A stretch of DNA of 29,023 nucleotides. Source: Sedimentisphaerales bacterium (GTDB taxonomy: Bacteria > Planctomycetota > Phycisphaerae > Sedimentisphaerales > Anaerobacaceae). Location: assembly GCA_016934255.1 (NCBI GenBank), contig JAFGTG010000098.1, positions 1-29,023 on the forward strand. The letters run 5' to 3'. Below the pieces are notes generated by a model that saw nothing but the letters and a program-made list of their open reading frames with translations, did not search any database and was not told where the DNA came from. Of this stretch, positions 1 to 8,687 are shown one piece after another. Position 1 is the stretch's first letter, and each line of letters starts with the position of its first letter. The position numbers and the translations under genes are program-made.

Positions 1-485
1 GTAACGTCGATTTTCTGTCCGGTTTTTGTGGGATGGTCAACAATGATTCCGTCGTGTAAGTGGCACGCGTCTTTTAAATAGGGATTGTAGCCGCATCGTT
101 GTTGTCGCATATAATGGAGAATGAAATCGGCCGTACCCTGATATACGTCTTTGGCTATTCTGAAACGGGGAGATTTGATGTCCTCCATTTGAATGTAATA
201 GCTTCCCATACGCTCATACTGTGTAAAATCGAGCCGGTAAGCAGATTTCATTCCCCAATCGGAGGCATCGTACTTTTTTGGTTGTCCTCTGAAGACAACA
301 GTACCCGTCGTGGCCTCTTTCAACTGGAACCGTTCGATTTTTATGTCATCCTCGCAAATAAACACGGCGACTTTTATGGTACAAGGCAGGTATCCCAGTT
401 GATTAATCCTTATCCAGCTATCCCCGGCACAAAGGGATTCAAATGTTGATAATAGAATAGACATACAAAACAGCCTTGTTCCCAT
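1..485 (-). CDS. Glycoside hydrolase family 9-like protein, N-terminal part only (signal peptide, CelD_N Ig-like domain and start of the catalytic domain); the gene continues beyond the left edge
   Basis: Reverse-strand translation from the ATG near 485 reads MGTRLFCMSILLSTFESLCAG...IRINQLGYLPCTIKVAVFI...ILHYMRQQRCGYNPYLKDACHLHDGIIVDHPTKTGQKIDVT and is open to position 1. 'RINQLGYLP..KVAV' matches the Ig-like N-domain signature of GH9 cellulases, and 'QRCG...DVT' sits just before the expected GGWxDAGD motif. The plus-strand ORF 99..449 is antisense to it. Confidence 0.6.
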   Translation of the reverse strand, partial: MGTRLFCMSILLSTFESLCAGDSWIRINQLGYLPCTIKVAVFICEDDIKIERFQLKEATTGTVVFRGQPKKYDASDWGMKSAYRLDFTQYERMGSYYIQMEDIKSPRFRIAKDVYQGTADFILHYMRQQRCGYNPYLKDACHLHDGIIVDHPTKTGQKIDV

Positions 486-691
486 GATTTAAATATATAA
501 AAGCCGGAATCCATGTCAAAGTGATTTTTATTTGTGTTGAAATGATTTTTTTCGTGATCCCATGCGTATATAGATCAAACGGCCATATTTTCGTCAGTTG
601 ACGTGTAAAGCGCTTGACAATCCAGTCCTTCCGGCTTATTTTCAAGCCGGAAGGAAAGTTTCCTGTTCGATGAATAGAAAGGGTGCGGGTT

Positions 692-1243
692 ATGGGTAGT
701 ATATTACTGATTTACGGACTAATGGCCGTGATTCCCGGGCTGCTTTTGCTTGTCATCGCTATCTTCGGCGCCGATGCAGATGTGGACGCAGATATCGATA
801 TCGACGCGGATGTAGATCTTGACGTCGATGCCGGCGATCTCGGCGGGCCCGGCGCGCTGAGTGTCAAACTCATATTATTGTTCCTGGTCGGTTTCGGCGC
901 CAGTGGCTATATGGCCGTCTATTTCCAATGGCCTCTTCACCACGTGCTCTGTGGTTTAATCGGCGGCGGGGCGGCGTGGTTCTTAGGCTACCAGCTCCTC
1001 AAACTGCTTTACGAGCAACAAGCGTCGAGCCAGGTTCGGTTGTCGTCCTTCGTTGGCCAGCGGGGGCGGGTCGTTGTCCCGATCCCGAAAGACGGTGGCA
1101 CGGGAGAAATCGAAGCCACCAATGAGGCCGCCGGGCAGAGTACGTATTTCAACGCCAGAGCGGTTGATCCAAAGAAAAATTATGAAAAAGGGACGTTCGT
1201 CACCATCAAATCGGTGAGTGGAAAGACTGCAATTGTAGAGTAA
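692..1243 (+). CDS. NfeD-like (YuaF-type) membrane protein with a C-terminal OB-fold; partner of the downstream flotillin
   Basis: Two or three N-terminal transmembrane helices (ILLIYGLMAVIPGLLLLVIAIFG; LILLFLVGFGASGYMAVYF; LCGLIGGGAAWFLGY) and a C-terminal soluble beta-rich domain. It lies immediately upstream of a flotillin gene with a 63-bp gap. AAAGGG RBS 9 nt before the ATG at 692; the track start at 683 is GTG. Confidence 0.6.
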   Translation: MGSILLIYGLMAVIPGLLLLVIAIFGADADVDADIDIDADVDLDVDAGDLGGPGALSVKLILLFLVGFGASGYMAVYFQWPLHHVLCGLIGGGAAWFLGYQLLKLLYEQQASSQVRLSSFVGQRGRVVVPIPKDGGTGEIEATNEAAGQSTYFNARAVDPKKNYEKGTFVTIKSVSGKTAIVE

Positions 1244-1306
1244 AAAAGCTCGGACTTGTCGGACAGGTCAGACACTTCCGACAGCGAAAAGGAAAGGAGA
1301 ATTATC

Positions 1307-2761
1307 ATGGACTTCGGATTGATTATTGTCATCTCGATTTTAGTCATTGCTATTCTTTCGCTCGTGCTGATTATCGCACACAACTGGCTGAAGGCGGAAC
1401 CCAACGAGGCATTGATCTTTACGGGAAGAAAACACAAGGTGCAGATGGAGGACGGCCAAGCCGCTATCCGAGGATGGAAAGCCATTATTGGTGGGGCGAA
1501 GTTGCGGATTCCGATCCTGGAGCACGTCAATCGCATTTCCCTTAAGACCATGAACCTGGCGGATGTGAGAGTGGAAAAAGCGTATTCCAAAGAGGGCGTC
1601 CCTGTGACGATCGACGCCGTGGCGAACGTGAAGATCTCCGGCGAGCAGGGCATGCTGGAACGGGCCGTCGAGCGGTTTCTCGGAACCGACAGCCGGCAGG
1701 TCCAGCAGATCATCAAGGAGACACTGGAAGGCCAGTTGCGTGACATTATTGGTGTGTTGACCGTGGAGGAACTTTACCAGAAAAGAGATATGTTTGTGAA
1801 CAAGGTCCTCGACCAGGCCGGTGAGGAGTTAGCCAAGATCGGCGTCATCATTGACATTATCAATATCCAGGATATTCGCGACGAAAGAGGTTATCTTGAG
1901 GCGTTGGGTATCAAGCGAACGGCTGAAGTCCAGCGCGACGCTGCCATCGGCCAGGCGGAAGCGGACCGGGACGCTATGCAAAAGTCCGAAACTGCCCGGC
2001 GAGAAGGCGAAGTTGTAAGGGCCGAGCAGGAGAAACAGATCGCGGAGGCCGAGAAGAACAGGGACGTGGCCAAACAGCAATATCGAGGCGAAACCCTCGC
2101 GGCGAATAAGCGAGCCGAACAGCAGGGGCCTTTGGCAGAGGCGAAAGCCCGTCAGGAAGTAGTGGTCCAGGAACAGAAAGTGATGGAAGAGGAGCAAAAA
2201 GCCAGGGCCAAAGTCGAATCGGCCAAAGCACAAGCCGAAGAGCAGAAGTACCGGGCGGAAGTCGTTGTTCCCGCCGACGCTCAGAAGCAGGCGGCCATTC
2301 TCAAGGCGGACGGCGAAGCCCAGGCCATTCTAAGGGTTGCCGAGGCGCGGGCCAAAGGAACCCAATTGCAGCTCGAAGCTGAAGCCAAAGGCCTGAGAGA
2401 AAAAGCGCAGGCTTGGAATGCGTATGGAAAAGCGGCTCAGCTTAACCTTACACTGGAAGCCATCAAGTCAATCGCCGAGCAGGGGGCCAAATCCATCGGC
2501 CAGGTGAAGTTCGACAAGGTCGTCGCGCTCGACAGTGGAAGCCGTGATGGGGAAAATGCTGTCAATCGACTGATGACCGCCGCACCGGGCGCCCTGGTGA
2601 AATTTCTCGAACAGATGAAGGCGGCCACCGGGATCGACATTGAGAAAAGGCTCAAGGAGATTGAAGATATGCCGGACGACGAAAGGGCGGTAGCAACTTC
2701 AAAACCGGTTGTGTCTGTCGAGGAACCTGAATCAGAGGAACTACCTGAAGAAGAGGTTTAG
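1307..2761 (+). CDS. Flotillin-family (SPFH/Band-7) protein, FloT/YuaG-like
   Basis: N-terminal membrane anchor MDFGLIIVISILVIAILSLVLIIA, SPFH core (EALIFTG..., KEGVPVTIDAVANVKISGEQGMLERAVERFLG) and a long EA-rich coiled-coil (AEAEKNRDVAKQQ..., AEAKARQEVV...) typical of bacterial flotillins. AAAGGAG RBS before the ATG at 1307; the track ORF begins upstream at 1256. Confidence 0.8.
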   Translation: MDFGLIIVISILVIAILSLVLIIAHNWLKAEPNEALIFTGRKHKVQMEDGQAAIRGWKAIIGGAKLRIPILEHVNRISLKTMNLADVRVEKAYSKEGVPVTIDAVANVKISGEQGMLERAVERFLGTDSRQVQQIIKETLEGQLRDIIGVLTVEELYQKRDMFVNKVLDQAGEELAKIGVIIDIINIQDIRDERGYLEALGIKRTAEVQRDAAIGQAEADRDAMQKSETARREGEVVRAEQEKQIAEAEKNRDVAKQQYRGETLAANKRAEQQGPLAEAKARQEVVVQEQKVMEEEQKARAKVESAKAQAEEQKYRAEVVVPADAQKQAAILKADGEAQAILRVAEARAKGTQLQLEAEAKGLREKAQAWNAYGKAAQLNLTLEAIKSIAEQGAKSIGQVKFDKVVALDSGSRDGENAVNRLMTAAPGALVKFLEQMKAATGIDIEKRLKEIEDMPDDERAVATSKPVVSVEEPESEELPEEEV

Positions 2762-3564
2762 TAATCCTTAAAGGTTCTCATCCATTGGGGCCAATCTTCG
2801 GGGATGACACCGCCGGCTGTGGTCCAAGCGTTCATCCGGTCGTATCCGCGATGCCAGTTGAGTGCCCATAGCTCTTTGAGCCCGACCTTTCTGACGGACC
2901 AATCCATAAACATAGAGTTAATCGCTCCGTTATGGCGGTTGAGGCAGGCACGCTTCATTTCGCCGCCGCCTCCGGTTTTAACAATGTCACCCTCGTAATC
3001 CGGAGGAAGGTCCGTCGCGGTGGGATATACGTCGTACCAGATACAATCGAAAAATAAGGGAATCTCGGCGGCGCCTTTGACGTTGACGGTTCGCCAACGA
3101 TCTTCGCTTCTGGCGGCGTCCGGTGGTGTGTCGTACGCCAATTCGTTCATACCATAGCTGCCGTAGTCCCCCTCGATTTTCGGTCCTGACCAGTCCGGAT
3201 GATCGCCTTCCAGCCCGGTTCCGAAGACGCCCCAGGCCGCGAATGTGCCGCGAGCGCCCTCAGACATCGGTTTGGTCGCGGTCGCACAAACACGGATTTT
3301 CGGCTCGTGATAGTAAGGCCGCAACGCACCGACCCATGTGCCGTTAATACCGCCGCCGTAGCCGTCCATGAACATTCCCTCATTCTGGTCGCAATACATG
3401 GCAAAGATGAGAGCCCATTCATGTAGATTAGCCTGGCATGCCACCGCATGAGCCTGTTTCTTAACGCGCTGCAACGCCGGCATCAATATCGCCAGGAGTA
3501 GGGCGATGATCGCAATCACAACTAAAAGCTCAATTAATGTGAATCCCCTTTTTCTGCCTATCAT
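2758..3564 (-). CDS. DUF1559 (H-X9-DG) family protein with prepilin-type N-terminal cleavage/methylation domain (PVC-type pseudopilin-like)
   Basis: [50 protein letters not shown]: class-III signal with a G|F cleavage site and Glu at +5. C-terminal ...NRHNGAINSMFMDWS resembles the H-X9-D(G) motif. The start is chosen at the ATG preceded by AAGGATGG; the 346-aa track ORF extends into the upstream gene. Confidence 0.8.
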   Translation of the reverse strand: MIGRKRGFTLIELLVVIAIIALLLAILMPALQRVKKQAHAVACQANLHEWALIFAMYCDQNEGMFMDGYGGGINGTWVGALRPYYHEPKIRVCATATKPMSEGARGTFAAWGVFGTGLEGDHPDWSGPKIEGDYGSYGMNELAYDTPPDAARSEDRWRTVNVKGAAEIPLFFDCIWYDVYPTATDLPPDYEGDIVKTGGGGEMKRACLNRHNGAINSMFMDWSVRKVGLKELWALNWHRGYDRMNAWTTAGGVIPEDWPQWMRTFKDY

Positions 3565-3598
3565 GTTCTCACCATCCTTATCACAAGAATATTCAAAC

Positions 3599-4843
3599 TC
3601 ACCGAGCGTCGTAAGCAAAAAGCTTTTCTGCATGGCGAATGTAGAGTCGGCCGCCACAAACCACCGGGTGGGCCCAAAACAGTCCTTTGCCATCCCTTGG
3701 GGGGCGGAATGAACCCACGACGTCCCACTTTTCAGGTGTAGCTTTGACGAGCGACATGGTTCCACGTTCCTCCAAACAATAGAGCCGACCGCCGGCATAC
3801 GTCAGAGATCCCTTGCCCGTTTCTTGCCAGTGTTTGCGACCGGTCAGGAAATCCAGACAAAACCAGCCGCGGGCTTCGTGACCGGCGCCGTAAAGATAAC
3901 CATCGAGAAGCAACACGCCTCCGTGGTGGTTGTCCAGAAGATCGCTCGTCCACACCGACTCGACGGAAAATTCACCGCCGGCTTGTCGCTTGGGTCGGAG
4001 TAGGACGCTTCCCTTGCCGTAGCCGCTCGACGCATAGACCAGATCGTCGCTGACAATCACATCCGTACAGTTGTTCTCACGTTTGTTGGCAAATGGGTAT
4101 TGCCAAAGCAGTCGTCCGCTTTTCGGATCGAAGCTAAGTACGCGACTGGCGCTCATCGTCAGAACCTGTTCGATACCGTCGATCTGTGCAGTAATGCATG
4201 AGCCGTTCCCGACGGCATCTTTCAAGGCTGGACCGGTCCATATTGTGTGTCCCGTTTTTTTGTCCATCGCCGCGATGTAGCCTATCTCACCAGCGGGACT
4301 ACAAAAAAGGACATCGCCATGAATCAGCGGGGATTCACTGTAGCCGTATTCCGGGCGATCAGCCTTGAAAGCCTTTAGTAAATCAACATGCCACCGTTCC
4401 TCACCTGTTTGGAAATCGAAAGCAGCCAAACGCCCTAACTCGGACAGGTGGTACACCATATTCCCATCCACGGTCGGTGTACATCGAGAACCCGCATAGG
4501 GAACGGCCCAGGTCTGTCGTTCGGACGCCTGCCAGGATTGCCCATTGAGACATTGCCAGATTTGTCGGCCCGTCATATCCAAGGCAGTCACGTACGTCTG
4601 CTTGTCGATCATGCCGGCAGTGAATATCCGGTCGCCGACGATGGCTACCGAGCTATATCCGAATCCGATATCGGATGCCGTCCAGAGCAACTTCGGTCCT
4701 CCTTCCGGCCACGTCTGTAATAGACCTGTATCCGCCGATAGGTTATCACGATTAGGTCCGTGGAAACAAGGCCAGGAAACATTATCCCCCGCCGGCGCGG
4801 CAATGGGCAGGGCAAAGATATACAATATGAATAAGCCTCTCAT
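3599..4843 (-). CDS. Secreted PQQ-like beta-propeller repeat protein
   Basis: Signal peptide MRGLFILYIFALPIAAPAG, then WPCFHGPNRDNLSADTGLLQTWPEGGPKLLWTA..GFGYSSVAIVGDRIFTAG and recurring x-A-x-D-x-x-T-G-x-x-x-W blades. AGGAG RBS 8 nt upstream. 34-bp gap to the downstream DUF1559 gene. Confidence 0.75.
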   Translation of the reverse strand: MRGLFILYIFALPIAAPAGDNVSWPCFHGPNRDNLSADTGLLQTWPEGGPKLLWTASDIGFGYSSVAIVGDRIFTAGMIDKQTYVTALDMTGRQIWQCLNGQSWQASERQTWAVPYAGSRCTPTVDGNMVYHLSELGRLAAFDFQTGEERWHVDLLKAFKADRPEYGYSESPLIHGDVLFCSPAGEIGYIAAMDKKTGHTIWTGPALKDAVGNGSCITAQIDGIEQVLTMSASRVLSFDPKSGRLLWQYPFANKRENNCTDVIVSDDLVYASSGYGKGSVLLRPKRQAGGEFSVESVWTSDLLDNHHGGVLLLDGYLYGAGHEARGWFCLDFLTGRKHWQETGKGSLTYAGGRLYCLEERGTMSLVKATPEKWDVVGSFRPPRDGKGLFWAHPVVCGGRLYIRHAEKLFAYDAR

Positions 4844-4892
4844 TGTTTTTCTCCTGACGAGGCTGCAAACGAGCGTGATTCATGAACGGTTC

Positions 4893-5339
4893 TTATCGGC
4901 TGGACGGCTTTCGCCTCCGTGGGGATTGGGTTCTGGGACCCTTTTTGGCCCGAATCTCTTTAATCCTCTGCTTGCCGGAGCCGGTTTTATTGGGTGTCTC
5001 CCCCTTCATAATGGCCAGGCTTTTGGCGCAGGCGTCTCGTGTGGTACGGTCGCGATGCTCCAAGCCCTGATTGAGGATCTCGGTAGCCATTTTTTTCATC
5101 CGGCCGTGCATGCTCCGCAGGCCGTAAGCGGCGGCTTTCTTCGCGTCCCTGGAATAGTCCCCGAACAAAACTTCCTTGAGGATGGCCAAGCCGTCTTCCT
5201 GCATCCACGACAGATTGTGTCCCGCCACCCGGGCGGTCGAGATATTATCTGAAAGCAATTTTTCCCTGAGCTGACGCAGGCGCTCTATCGCCTCGGCGTC
5301 TTTTTCCACTTTACCCGGTTTCTTTTCATCGAATTCCAT
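4893..5339 (-). CDS. HEAT-repeat (PBS-lyase-like) protein with a basic C-terminal tail
   Basis: Helical repeats (DAKKAAAYGLRSMHG; DRTTRDACAKSLAIMKG) and a K/R-rich tail. First gene of an apparent HEAT, PQQ, DUF1559 operon, with a 49-bp gap to the PQQ gene. Start taken at the internal ATG (MEFDEKK); the track start is TTG. Confidence 0.5.
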   Translation of the reverse strand: MEFDEKKPGKVEKDAEAIERLRQLREKLLSDNISTARVAGHNLSWMQEDGLAILKEVLFGDYSRDAKKAAAYGLRSMHGRMKKMATEILNQGLEHRDRTTRDACAKSLAIMKGETPNKTGSGKQRIKEIRAKKGPRTQSPRRRKPSSR

Positions 5340-5524
5340 AGGCCATCCTTTCAATGTCGCCAAGTATAAAGCAACCAACGCATCCTGACCAGTGAAAAAA
5401 TAGCTGTTTTTTTAAGCTCCCTCGACGAACGTTGAGGGAACTGTTGAAAAGAAACAACAAATGAACATCAAAAGATATAAAGCCAGCCGATTTATTAACC
5501 GCTCTCATGTTCTGTTATTAGGTT

Positions 5525-7885
5525 TTAGTTTTCTATTTCAACTGGAGAGCCCAAATCTATCCCAACGGAATCAATCGCCATATCGCTCGTATATCCCGAC
5601 CCGGTAACACCTCTAAAGCGTAGTTTTATCCTTTGGTTATAATATGCATCGAGATAGATCACCGAGCGTTCCCAATCATTTCCTTGATGAGCGGAGTGGC
5701 TTTCGAGAACATCCCAGGAATGGCCCTGATCTTCGGTGATTTCCACGCTCAACGTTCCCATCTCTGATCCACGCATATGATACCAATACTCCAAGTAGAA
5801 TGTTTCCTCCATTATCTTACTCCCAGGGGAAAGAAGGGATAGTTTAATATAGGGGCTTTCCAGTAGTGCGGTCTCATCCGCATGACTCGACGCCTCGATG
5901 TAAAGATAATAGTCTCCGGAATAAGCCGATGACGGTCCTGTCAAAGCCGTGGACGTGCCTCCGCTGTGAACACGCCAGTTCGTCTCATCAAGTAATCCGT
6001 TCCTCCATCCTATCGGTAAATTACCGTCGCATTCGAAATCCTCAAAATAAGGAAACATCTCAACCATATAATAATTTGAGTAGAAAGCATTTAACGCATC
6101 CGCTCGACCATAGCCGGCTATGTTATCGATCCCGACCTCCTCCAAATCGACCGCGTCCGCCAGAACCATATCCCGGATCTCGTCGCCCGTACACTCAGGC
6201 ATGGCAGCCCATAATTGAGCCATAATCGCCGCAACGTGGGGGGCGGAGGCGCTCGTTCCCGCGAAAATGCTTGGAAAACCACCGGCGCCGCTTACAGAAA
6301 CCCGATCGACGCCGCAAATATCCGGCTTCTGACGGATTTCAACGCCCGGGTGGCTAATCGTGACGGGCCCTTGCGAGGAAAAATCCTCGATCTGAAGGTG
6401 TTCCGGATCGTCTGAATTATTTACAGCAATCGCCCCGACCGCAACAACCTCCGGTACGGCCGGATGGCCAAAGATTGAATCGACCGGCGTGATATTGTTG
6501 GGATAGTTTCCCGCAGGGTATTCAGAAGAAATAATGACTTCGAGAATTTTCGAATCTGAATCACTAAAGTTGGTCACCCAAATTTCAAAATCGCCACGGG
6601 TGGATTCAGTCGCCGTATAAACAATATATTCGAAAGGATTATCATCGCCGTCTTGATAGTCTTCACCTACGGCGACAACCTGTTGCGCAGTCCGACTATA
6701 AAGGGCCAGATCATAATCGTTTCCAGAGGCTCCAAATAAGTCATTCCATTGCAGGATGATAAGCACGCGCGCATCGACTGGAATGTTGACGTATAAATCC
6801 GTGAGGTCCCCCATTCCGTGACTAAAATCATGATATTCAGGCAGGGAGGTGCTTAAGCTGTGAAATGTGCCCTGATAGTGTTCCTGGGCTTCATTTCCTG
6901 ATGCAGTGACGTAAATAATATCATTTTGAGCTATGACGGAACGAATGTGCGTTGCAATGATCCCGTCTTCAAAAAAAGGCTCATCGAGCCATCCCATGTC
7001 ATCACAGATAATATTGCATCCCGCAGAAACCAGGGCATCAATCGCCGAGTTGAACTCAATCACGTTATTGCCGGCGTCGTGAAAAAATAATTCGGCGTTC
7101 GGAACCATATCATGCACGATTTCCAGCATAGCCGTCCCTTCATCATCGCCCTCAACATCATGAAGCACCGTCAGGCCCGCTCCGTCAGCAGGCAGGTCAC
7201 CGATGGCTTGCGCGTCCGCCCGGTTATCCACGCTATCGGACACAATGCCCACCTTGATTCCGGCGCCTTGTTGTGAGAATATTGAACGCACATCCGACGA
7301 GCGATGGACCTCGTCGCCTTCCGTGAGTATGGAACCGGTGCGTGTGATGGGCGGCAGCACCGTTCGGATTGTTCGGACGCTATCTAACGCTGCGATGCTT
7401 TCCAGGTCCTTGACTTGCACCCAGGCGGCAACCAATGGATTGTTCGTATCGCTATGAGTGATGTTAACACCGAACGGATCGAAGATCGATTCGTCCGAAT
7501 TTCGATGAAAGGATATATAAACGTACACACGGCCGTCACGCACCTTTTGATCCAATTCCCTCCCGACAGAACTTAAAGAAAGTTGCCTTAATGACTGCAT
7601 GTTGTTTACAACGTGCTCGATGGTTGTATTGACCGGCAGGAACCTGGAATCGATGAGTTGAAGGAGGTCCGTACTGAGCTTTTTTTGAGGGATTGTTACG
7701 GTGGATTTAACATCGTATTTTCTTAAAAGATAGGCCTGTTTTTTCGCGAAAGAGGATGGTTCACTCACGCCGTTCTCCGCCGGCTTCACGCTGAACGGGG
7801 TCGCTGCGATACTCTTGTGTGCACAACAGAAAATGAAGGACATGACGATTCCATAGAACAACACATTGCTTTTGAAGTGATTCAT
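5525..7885 (-). CDS. Secreted subtilase-like (S8) serine peptidase with a C-terminal MAM domain
   Basis: Signal peptide MNHFKSNVLFYGIVMSFIFCCAHKSIAA. S8 motifs are present: VGIVSDSVD (Asp box), TASGNEAQ (oxyanion Asn) and GTSASAPHVAAIMAQL (Ser box). C-terminal ~170 aa, FEDFECDGNLPIGWRNG...YLYIEASS...YLEYWYHMRGSEMGTLSVEI..., looks like a MAM domain. GGAAGGAG RBS. The His-box is atypical; see findings. Confidence 0.8.
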   Translation of the reverse strand: MNHFKSNVLFYGIVMSFIFCCAHKSIAATPFSVKPAENGVSEPSSFAKKQAYLLRKYDVKSTVTIPQKKLSTDLLQLIDSRFLPVNTTIEHVVNNMQSLRQLSLSSVGRELDQKVRDGRVYVYISFHRNSDESIFDPFGVNITHSDTNNPLVAAWVQVKDLESIAALDSVRTIRTVLPPITRTGSILTEGDEVHRSSDVRSIFSQQGAGIKVGIVSDSVDNRADAQAIGDLPADGAGLTVLHDVEGDDEGTAMLEIVHDMVPNAELFFHDAGNNVIEFNSAIDALVSAGCNIICDDMGWLDEPFFEDGIIATHIRSVIAQNDIIYVTASGNEAQEHYQGTFHSLSTSLPEYHDFSHGMGDLTDLYVNIPVDARVLIILQWNDLFGASGNDYDLALYSRTAQQVVAVGEDYQDGDDNPFEYIVYTATESTRGDFEIWVTNFSDSDSKILEVIISSEYPAGNYPNNITPVDSIFGHPAVPEVVAVGAIAVNNSDDPEHLQIEDFSSQGPVTISHPGVEIRQKPDICGVDRVSVSGAGGFPSIFAGTSASAPHVAAIMAQLWAAMPECTGDEIRDMVLADAVDLEEVGIDNIAGYGRADALNAFYSNYYMVEMFPYFEDFECDGNLPIGWRNGLLDETNWRVHSGGTSTALTGPSSAYSGDYYLYIEASSHADETALLESPYIKLSLLSPGSKIMEETFYLEYWYHMRGSEMGTLSVEITEDQGHSWDVLESHSAHQGNDWERSVIYLDAYYNQRIKLRFRGVTGSGYTSDMAIDSVGIDLGSPVEIEN

Positions 7886-8025
7886 AACTCTACTCCTTCC
7901 CGTAAGAATGCTCTTGGTTCTTGCTCCGAAAATCCACTGTTACGATTATACCAAAAACAACGGACTGAGTTCAATATCTATTTTCTTATTAGGGGATCGA
8001 ATCGTGATTTGATATGTAAAACGGT

Positions 8026-8673
8026 TCAGAAATCCGCAGAGGTGATGCCTTCCCGTATGGCATACTTGGTCAGTTCGGCGATGCTTGAAATATCAAGCTT
8101 ATTCATGAGTTTACGGCGGGCGGCATCGGCAGTCTTGGGACTCACATGCAGTTGCCTCGCGATCTGCTTGACCGTTTTGCCCTCTGCCGTGAGCTGGAGC
8201 ACCTGACGCTCGCGAACGGTGAGTTCGACCAGTCCGCTTTTTTTCTCACGCTGACCTTGTGAGAGATAATCCTCCAGGACAACGCCCGTGATGCGAGGGC
8301 TGAGATAAAACTCGCCGGCGGCAGCCGCTTCAAGCGCCTTCGTCAATTCATCGAACATGTACGACTTGAGTACGTACGCTATGGCGCCGGCCTGGATGAT
8401 GTCCCTGACAATGCGTTTCTCGGTATGCATCGACAAAGCGATCACGCGTATGTCGGGATTCTCGGAAAGGATAAGACGCGTCGCGTCCGCGCCGTTGAGG
8501 TTCGGCATGGAGACATCCATGATAATGATGTCCGGTGAAAGCTCCCTGGCAAGATTTAACGCCTCCCGGCCGTCCTTGGCTTCGCCGACGACTTCGATAT
8601 TGAGTTGTTTATCAATCAGGGATGCCAATCCCTGCCTGACAATCCCATGATCGTCCGCGATCAAGACTTTCAT
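8026..8673 (-). CDS. Two-component response regulator, NarL/FixJ (LuxR-HTH) family
   Basis: MKVLIADDHGIVRQGL...DIIIMDVSMPNLNG receiver domain with the phospho-acceptor Asp context, and a C-terminal LuxR HTH (LTVRERQVLQLTAEGKTVKQIARQLHVSPKTADAARRKLMNKL). Confidence 0.9.
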   Translation of the reverse strand: MKVLIADDHGIVRQGLASLIDKQLNIEVVGEAKDGREALNLARELSPDIIIMDVSMPNLNGADATRLILSENPDIRVIALSMHTEKRIVRDIIQAGAIAYVLKSYMFDELTKALEAAAAGEFYLSPRITGVVLEDYLSQGQREKKSGLVELTVRERQVLQLTAEGKTVKQIARQLHVSPKTADAARRKLMNKLDISSIAELTKYAIREGITSADF

Positions 8674-8687
8674 TATGCCTCCTTTCT

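Noticed and set aside
99-449. 116-aa plus-strand ORF
   Set aside because: It is antisense to a much better supported minus-strand GH9-like reading frame (signal peptide plus CelD_N signature) and has no recognisable features of its own.
928-1125. 65-aa Arg/Pro-rich ORF inside the NfeD-like gene, and similar internal or antisense ORFs at 1180..1746, 1829..2233 and 1974..2231
   Set aside because: These are alternative-frame or antisense ORFs within well-supported NfeD and flotillin coding sequences. They have R/P/S-rich low-complexity composition typical of off-frame GC-rich DNA.
4545-5252. 235-aa plus-strand ORF spanning the PQQ and HEAT genes
   Set aside because: It is antisense to two minus-strand genes that have signal peptides, RBSs and domain signatures. 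It shows no domain signal.
5379-5524. Stem-loop CCCTC-N10-GAGGG near 5425-5445, considered as a terminator for the S8 peptidase gene
   Set aside because: The stem is short and not followed by a clean U-tract on the minus strand; only an interrupted A/T run follows. The support is too weak to call.
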